Shown here: positions 57,993 to 64,000 of the stretch, piece by piece
Layout: every line of letters starts with the position of its first letter
Numbering within the stretch: position 1 is the stretch's first letter
Assembly (NCBI GenBank): GCA_964521105.1
Contig: CAZFPO010000005.1
Location: 3,534 to 67,533 of the forward strand
DNA from: an uncultured Lentimicrobiaceae bacterium
Lineage (GTDB): Bacteria > Bacteroidota > Bacteroidia > Bacteroidales > WCHB1-69
DNA length: 64,000 bases
Direction of reading: 5' to 3'
The notes under the pieces: generated by a model
What the model was told of the DNA's origin: nothing
The model's database searches: none
Seen by the model: the letters and a program-made list of their open reading frames with translations, nothing else
Program-made: the position numbers and the translations under genes

Positions 57993-59501
57993 TTAAAAAT
58001 CCTTGGTGACATCTTGTTTTGATTTATATTTACAAGGTATTCTTAAGCCCTCATTAATAACATACAATCCATACTTTCCATTTTTCTTAACAAAATATAA
58101 AGGACTATCAAATGTTTCAATGGATTCATATTCTAAGGGAATTGCCCATTTAAAAACGCTATTTTCTAATAAAATTAGTCCTACAAAATTATTTTTTTTG
58201 ACAATAATTGGCATCGATTCCTCATAATAATATTCCTCTCTATAATCAATTTTATCGTATTCAAAAGGCAAAACTACGTTTAATGAATCTCGGGTTCTTA
58301 ATACAACTCCGTATTTTTTATTTTGTTTCAAGATAATGAAAGATGGATAGCTATCAATCACATAGTTCAAAAAAGTTGGTTTATTGGATGGTAAAATATA
58401 TTTAAGATTAAAACCACTATCAGTTTTTTCAAAAATCTTTGGACCATCGAAAAAGTATCGATTTCCAATTACAAAACTGCCAGCATAAATGTCAGTCATC
58501 ATTTTTTTAAATTTATACAACACCTTCCCTTTCACATCCAACAAAACAGGTTTTTTGGTTGAATTATCATGAAAAATGGATGAATTATCCCATAATCGAT
58601 AGTAATATCCATTTAAATAACTAGTTTCAATTTTTTTATGAGTTTTATAATAATATAATGTCATCCCTTTTTCACCATCAGTTATCCCAAATTCGGGATT
58701 AACTAATTTAAAGTCAGTGGATGTGCTTTTGGGGATATAATACTTTTGTCCATTCGAGTTTAAAATGAATACAGAGTCATTAAGTTGAACCGTAAAAATA
58801 TAATTTTGAGTTAATTGGTCAAAAATAATTGCGGGAAAAATAGAATCGTACATAAATTCAATTTTTTCATTTTTGTTTGTCAGAGATAATGCACCCCATT
58901 TATTATTTTTCTTAGCCAAAATAATTTCTTTAATAGATGTGCCAAATTGCTGATATTCAAATGGAATGACAATATTAAACAAGGAATCAACTATACCCCA
59001 TTTATCTTTGACTTTTGCTTCAAAAAAATCATATTGTGGGTGAAATAAGCTATAGTCTGTATTTGAATAAAAGAAATTTGAAAAAATATTTTGAAATTTA
59101 AAAAAACTAACATCATCATATTTACAAGGGATTATTTCGCTCTTCCCTATTTGATAAACACCTACTTTATTGAAATTATGGACTCTGAAAAATTCATTTT
59201 CATTAATTATTGCGAAATTTGTTTTCACCGAAAAAAACTTTTCGATATTATCATATTTGCAGGGTATTAAAATTTCTCCTTGATTATTAGTTAGTCCTTT
59301 TTTATATAAACTATCTGTAATCACTGCATACGTATCATCTATTACATCGATACTCAAATAAATGGAAGGTAAAATTCGTTTGCCTAGCGAATCAATTACA
59401 CCATATCTACCATTATCGAAATCAAGAACTATACTCCAATTTTGTGAAAATGAAGATTTATAGAAGCAAAATGCAAGAATAAAAAATATTATTTTTTTCA
59501 T
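57993..59501 (-). CDS. WG-repeat (WG_beta_rep) protein, secreted
   Basis: From the ATG at 59501 the signal peptide is MKKIIFFILAFCFYKSSFSQ. There are many repeats of the K(W/Y)G(V/I/L) type: RYGVIDS, KWGIVDS, KWGALS, KYGVVL, KYGLYV. Confidence 0.7.
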   Translation of the reverse strand: MKKIIFFILAFCFYKSSFSQNWSIVLDFDNGRYGVIDSLGKRILPSIYLSIDVIDDTYAVITDSLYKKGLTNNQGEILIPCKYDNIEKFFSVKTNFAIINENEFFRVHNFNKVGVYQIGKSEIIPCKYDDVSFFKFQNIFSNFFYSNTDYSLFHPQYDFFEAKVKDKWGIVDSLFNIVIPFEYQQFGTSIKEIILAKKNNKWGALSLTNKNEKIEFMYDSIFPAIIFDQLTQNYIFTVQLNDSVFILNSNGQKYYIPKSTSTDFKLVNPEFGITDGEKGMTLYYYKTHKKIETSYLNGYYYRLWDNSSIFHDNSTKKPVLLDVKGKVLYKFKKMMTDIYAGSFVIGNRYFFDGPKIFEKTDSGFNLKYILPSNKPTFLNYVIDSYPSFIILKQNKKYGVVLRTRDSLNVVLPFEYDKIDYREEYYYEESMPIIVKKNNFVGLILLENSVFKWAIPLEYESIETFDSPLYFVKKNGKYGLYVINEGLRIPCKYKSKQDVTKDF

Positions 59502-59664
59502 TTCAAATAGTTTTGGACAGAAATTACAATTTTTTTTGAATATTAATGCAATGATAAGAAAAATACAGACGCTAATGCTGTTCAAAATTATTTCTTTTTA
59601 CATTATTTTTAATCTTTTTTTTTATTAAATTTACACTTTCTTAAAAATCATTATCCTACTCCAT

Positions 59665-62600
59665 ATGAAAAACCTAAGTCGTATTTTATTCATATTGGTT
59701 ATCAGCTTGTTAGCTGGATGTAAAACCAATCAAATTGCAGTGGTAAAAACGAATTTTGAAAGCGAAATATCGCTCCAACAGAATTTAAGTTTTAAGTTCA
59801 ATAAAGATATTGCAACCGAAGCTATGTTAAACAAATGGGACACTACTACCTACGTCCAATTTGAGCCATCGGTGAAAGGGAAGTTTCAATGGGTTTCGGC
59901 ATCAGAATTAGTTTTTTCACCCGATAATGGGTTTAATCCGGGCACACAATACAAAGCAATACCTACTAATGCAATTGGCTCAGTTGGTGCCGAAAAATTG
60001 TCTGTTTCGAGCGAAGCTATCGAATTTCATACTCCGTTTTTAGAAATGTCGTCGGCAAAAGCATACTGGGGTTTATCAGCAACCGGTAATAATGATATTG
60101 TAATTTCCATCGATTTACTCTTTAACTATCCTGTAAAAGCAATCGATTTAGAAAAAAAACTATTAATTACGGTTGCTGAGTATCAAGTACCGTATCGGAT
60201 AATTTCTACTGGCGAAAACGAACAAATGAGTTTGGAACTTAATCCTCCATCGGGCTTAGGTGATTTGGAAATCCCTGTTAAAATAGTGTTAGACAAAGAC
60301 ATGAAATATGTTGGAGGAAATGTTGCTACCCAAAAAACTCAAGAAGTAAATACAATTATTCCTGCTCGTACCAAATTGATGGTTACTGGTATTACGTCTG
60401 AAATGGTTGATGGTAGCGGTTTTGTAAACATATTTACCACTCAACCTTTACTTATCGAAGGTTTAAAAAACAACATAACTTTTTCACCAGAAGTTAGTTA
60501 TACTATAGAGAGTCAAAATAATGTAATTAGAATTAGTGGCGATTTTGAAGAGGGAAAAACATATAAAATTACCGTTTCTAAAAATGTTCAAGGTATTTTT
60601 GGCAAATCGTTGGAAAACGATTATAGCCAATCGGTCCAATTTTCGAAGTCGAAACCATTTATTGCGTTTAGCAATCCAAACGACACATACCTTTCGTCGA
60701 AAGGGGAACGTAATGTTGCGATAAATTTTGGCGGAATTGATAAAGTGAAATTAAATGTTTTTAAAATTTACGATAACAATATTTTACACTATTTACGTGG
60801 AGGAAAAAAATATTCCTATTATTATGATGATTCGGAATTTGAAGAATCATGGATGGATTTTTATGAATGGCAAGGCGATGATTATTATGGTCGTCAAGTT
60901 TATGATAAATTACTTGATGTTGATAAACTTCCAAAATATCATAATAGTAGATTATTAAATCTTGACCTCAAAGAAATTAACAATAACGACCCTGGTAAAG
61001 GAATTTATATCATTACCGTTCAAGATACGAAACAACGATTTTTAAAAGATGCAATTATAGTTTCAATATCAGATATTGGATTAATTGCCAAGATTGGTAA
61101 AAATAGTGTTTTGGTTTCGGCATTTTCTATTGTTGATGCCACTCCAATTCAGGGAGTAAACATTGATTTTATCAGTACAAATAATCAAAAAGTACATACG
61201 GCAACCACTGGGCAAGATGGTTTTGTTCAAGTAAACAATACCAAGGATTTGTTTAAAAATTTTAAAATTGGAATGATTACCGCCCGTCAAGGCGAAGATT
61301 TTAATTATCTATTTTTCGACAATAGCAGTATTGAAACCTCACGTTACGAAGTTGGTGGAAAATACACTAACGCTTCGGAGTTTGATGTGTTTATTTATGG
61401 CGACCGCAAGTTGTATCGCCCTGGCGATTCGGTTCATATTAATTCGATTACTCGAACATTAAATTGGGAAATCCCTAAAGAAATTCCGCTAAAATTCCGC
61501 ATTGTTAACCCCAATGGTCGTCAATTAACATCGATGCGTAAAACCACTAATTCCGAAGGAGCTTGCGAGGTTTCATTTAAACTTCCCGATGCAGCTATTA
61601 CAGGCACTTATACCGTTGAATTGTATTCGGGTAATGATGTATTGTACAATACGTATCGTTTTTCGTGCGAAGAGTTTATGCCCGACCGATTAATGGTTAA
61701 AGTAACACTCCCAAAAAGTGAATTTGTACCCGGAGAATCTTTTGCCATTCAAGTGTCTGCCGAAAATTTCTTTGGAACACCAGCTACCGAACGAAAAGTT
61801 GAAAACGAAATGTCGCTAAAACGAACAGTATTTAATCCAAAGAAGTTTTCCGACTATGATTTCAATATTTCAATCTCCGAAAATTTAAGCCTCGAAAACG
61901 ATGTTAAATCTGGCAAAACAGACAAATCAGGAAAATCCATCGAAACATTCAGCATACCTAATCATCACGGAATTGGAATGTTAAATGGCACCATTTACAC
62001 TAGTGTTTTCGACGAAAATAATCGTCCCGTTAATCGAATTTCAACGTTCAGAGTTCCTACGCAAAGTGTATTTTTTGGATTACAATATTTTGATAGTTAC
62101 GTAAATATTAGACGTCCAATGAAAGTGAATATGGTAGCTTTAAACAAAGATGAACAGTTGGTGAAATCTTCGGCAAACATTATTATCATTAGAAAAGAAT
62201 ATCAAAGTGTTATTCAGCGAAGCGGAACAAGTTATAACTATAATTCAAATAAACGTGAAATTGAAGTGTATAATAAAAATGTAAATTTTGCCGAAGGCAG
62301 AGCTTCGATTGACTTCACTCCTAGCGTTTCGGGAGAATATGAACTTCGCATTTACGCAAATAAAGACGAGGGTTATGTGAGCAAAAAATTCTGGGCTTAT
62401 GGTTCGGGCGAAACAGATTTTTCATCGTTTGAAGTAGATAAAGATGGCGAAATTATCATTGAAACAGATAAAGACAATTATTTAGTGGGTGAAAAAGCAG
62501 AAATCCTATTCAAATGTCCATTTTCGGGTAAGTTAATTGTAACGATTGAACGAGATAATATCATCGAATACAAAGTAATCCCAATTGAAGATAAAGTAGC

Positions 62601-64000
62601 AAAGTTAACGTTGCCATTAACCGAACAAAACATTCCAAACATTTATGTTTCAGCAACGGCTATTCGTCCATTAAGCAACAACGACATACCGCTCACCGTA
62701 GCTCATGGTTATGCCGCAATAGGTGTTGAAAATCCTTCATACAAAATGAAAGTTGCCATAAAGGCACCAACTCATGTTTTATCTCGTTCAAAACAAACGG
62801 TGGAAGTTACCGCTGAATCGGGTTCACAAGTTACTATTGCAGTGGTTGATGAAGGAATTTTACAGATGAATAACTATAAAACCCCAGATCCTTATGCATA
62901 TTTTTATCAAAAACGAGCTCTTGAAATTGAAAGTTACGATTTGTATGCCCGAATATTTCCCGAATTAAAACGCTATTTATCAACTACTGGCGGTGACCTT
63001 GCCTTAGAAATGGGAAAACGTGTAAATCCATTTACCAATAAACGAGTAAAATTAATTGCGTTATGGAGTGGCATTTTATCTGTTACGGGCGGAAAAGCTA
63101 GTTACACATTTAATATTCCTCAGTTTTCGGGAAGCCTTCGTGTTATGGCAGTTGCTTGGAAAGGACGTCATTTCGGTTCGGCAGAAACCAATATGAAAGT
63201 AGCTGACCCAATTGTTATTAGCACTGCCCTACCTCGATTCTTATCACCCGACGACATGATAAATATTCCAGTAACTTTAAGTAATACCACCAAAGAAACA
63301 GCATCTGTTACCGTTAAAATTGCCACAAAAGGTCCAGCTTCAATAATTGGGGAAGAACAATTTTCGGTTAGTATACCTGCAAATTCCGAAAAACGTGTTG
63401 CATTTAAAGCTAGAGCTTCTAAAAACATGGGTGAAGCATTATTTACTACTTCAGCTACTCAAGGAGGAAAAACTTTTGTAGAAGAAATATATGTTCCCGT
63501 TCGTCCTTCGGCTGGATTTGTAAAGTACTTCAAATCGGGAGTAATTAATAATTCCGAAGAAACGATTAAATTGGAAGGCAATTTTATAACTGGTAGCGTT
63601 ACGAATAAATTGTTATTCAGTAAGTCACCAATTACCGAATTTACAAAAGATATTAGCGAATTACTTCGTTATCCATACGGTTGTTTAGAACAAACTGTTT
63701 CTGTTGCATTCCCATTGATTTATTATCGTGATATTGCAAAGTCGATAGGTCAAGACAATAAAAATATGGATTGGAATCCCGATTATTTAGTTCAGGAAGC
63801 CATTTATAAAGTTCAAAACTTGCAACAATATGGAGGTGGCATGGTTTATTGGCCGAGTGGTGGGCAAACTAACTGGTGGGCAACTGCTTATGCCACTCAC
63901 TTTTTAATTGAAGCCAAAAATGCCGGTTTTGAAGTGAATATGCAAGTAATTAAGAATGCGGTAAATTACCTCGAAAGCGAAGCCAAAAATAAAAAGTTAC
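59665..64000 (+). CDS. Bacterial alpha-2-macroglobulin family lipoprotein with thioester motif (partial; continues past the window)
   Basis: ATG at 59665 with lipobox LLAGC (MKNLSRILFILVISLLAGCKT…). The frame stays open to position 64000 and is absent from the ORF track because no stop is reached. It has repeated MG-domain-like segments, and the thioester motif YPYGCLEQT is encoded at about 63670-63696. Confidence 0.85.
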   Translation, partial: MKNLSRILFILVISLLAGCKTNQIAVVKTNFESEISLQQNLSFKFNKDIATEAMLNKWDTTTYVQFEPSVKGKFQWVSASELVFSPDNGFNPGTQYKAIPTNAIGSVGAEKLSVSSEAIEFHTPFLEMSSAKAYWGLSATGNNDIVISIDLLFNYPVKAIDLEKKLLITVAEYQVPYRIISTGENEQMSLELNPPSGLGDLEIPVKIVLDKDMKYVGGNVATQKTQEVNTIIPARTKLMVTGITSEMVDGSGFVNIFTTQPLLIEGLKNNITFSPEVSYTIESQNNVIRISGDFEEGKTYKITVSKNVQGIFGKSLENDYSQSVQFSKSKPFIAFSNPNDTYLSSKGERNVAINFGGIDKVKLNVFKIYDNNILHYLRGGKKYSYYYDDSEFEESWMDFYEWQGDDYYGRQVYDKLLDVDKLPKYHNSRLLNLDLKEINNNDPGKGIYIITVQDTKQRFLKDAIIVSISDIGLIAKIGKNSVLVSAFSIVDATPIQGVNIDFISTNNQKVHTATTGQDGFVQVNNTKDLFKNFKIGMITARQGEDFNYLFFDNSSIETSRYEVGGKYTNASEFDVFIYGDRKLYRPGDSVHINSITRTLNWEIPKEIPLKFRIVNPNGRQLTSMRKTTNSEGACEVSFKLPDAAITGTYTVELYSGNDVLYNTYRFSCEEFMPDRLMVKVTLPKSEFVPGESFAIQVSAENFFGTPATERKVENEMSLKRTVFNPKKFSDYDFNISISENLSLENDVKSGKTDKSGKSIETFSIPNHHGIGMLNGTIYTSVFDENNRPVNRISTFRVPTQSVFFGLQYFDSYVNIRRPMKVNMVALNKDEQLVKSSANIIIIRKEYQSVIQRSGTSYNYNSNKREIEVYNKNVNFAEGRASIDFTPSVSGEYELRIYANKDEGYVSKKFWAYGSGETDFSSFEVDKDGEIIIETDKDNYLVGEKAEILFKCPFSGKLIVTIERDNIIEYKVIPIEDKVAKLTLPLTEQNIPNIYVSATAIRPLSNNDIPLTVAHGYAAIGVENPSYKMKVAIKAPTHVLSRSKQTVEVTAESGSQVTIAVVDEGILQMNNYKTPDPYAYFYQKRALEIESYDLYARIFPELKRYLSTTGGDLALEMGKRVNPFTNKRVKLIALWSGILSVTGGKASYTFNIPQFSGSLRVMAVAWKGRHFGSAETNMKVADPIVISTALPRFLSPDDMINIPVTLSNTTKETASVTVKIATKGPASIIGEEQFSVSIPANSEKRVAFKARASKNMGEALFTTSATQGGKTFVEEIYVPVRPSAGFVKYFKSGVINNSEETIKLEGNFITGSVTNKLLFSKSPITEFTKDISELLRYPYGCLEQTVSVAFPLIYYRDIAKSIGQDNKNMDWNPDYLVQEAIYKVQNLQQYGGGMVYWPSGGQTNWWATAYATHFLIEAKNAGFEVNMQVIKNAVNYLESEAKNKKL

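Noticed and set aside
60536-63428. Short ORFs at 60536-60724, 60755-60958, 61081-61290 and 63168-63428
   Set aside because: All fall inside the open-ended alpha-2-macroglobulin reading frame (frame 1 from 59665), in other frames or on the other strand.

Overview
Low-GC chromosomal segment that looks like an anaerobic Bacteroidota genome. TAnnTTTG -7 promoter boxes sit 15-110 nt ahead of many start codons, one secreted protease carries a T9SS C-terminal sorting domain, and there are several signal-peptide beta-barrel and TPR genes. I count about 45 credible protein genes. Most are housekeeping: lepA, a relA-like gene, gyrA, clpC, ribBA, rpsF-rpsR-rplI, rpmH, rhlE, gcvT and tRNA-Pro. There is also a protease-rich set: S9, M3 Dcp, M14, a C25/T9SS peptidase and an alpha-2-macroglobulin. 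Five items are missing from the ORF track: rpmH (39615-39773, -), tRNA-Pro(CGG) (29238-29311, -), a fluoride riboswitch ahead of crcB-DUF190, a 35-aa ORF 5 nt after the NSS transporter, and an open-ended alpha-2-macroglobulin gene (59665 to beyond 64000). The block most worth a second look is 39919-47566 (-). It is one tightly packed operon: NuoE-like, NuoF-like, [FeFe]-hydrogenase HydA, a small 2Fe-2S ferredoxin, a PAS-containing sensory hydrogenase (HydS type), a PP2C/SpoIIE phosphatase, and a translationally coupled LigB/YgiD-type extradiol dioxygenase. Its oddities are a core-only HydB, a TSCSPGW P1 motif in HydA, and no kinase or DNA-binding partner. The second block is 29449-35511 (+): a LysM lytic transglycosylase, two SGNH hydrolases and an MBOAT acyltransferase, which I read as a peptidoglycan O-acetylation/de-O-acetylation (PatA/PatB/Ape-like) cluster. 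Smaller curiosities are a tandem duplication carrying the last 16 nt of tRNA-Pro, a hairpin-rich 470-bp intergenic region with its own promoter box (candidate sRNA), and a 15-nt box shared by two ribosomal-protein promoters. No CRISPR array, transposase, integrase or prophage was seen. All functional calls rest on motif and family recognition by eye; no database search was run.
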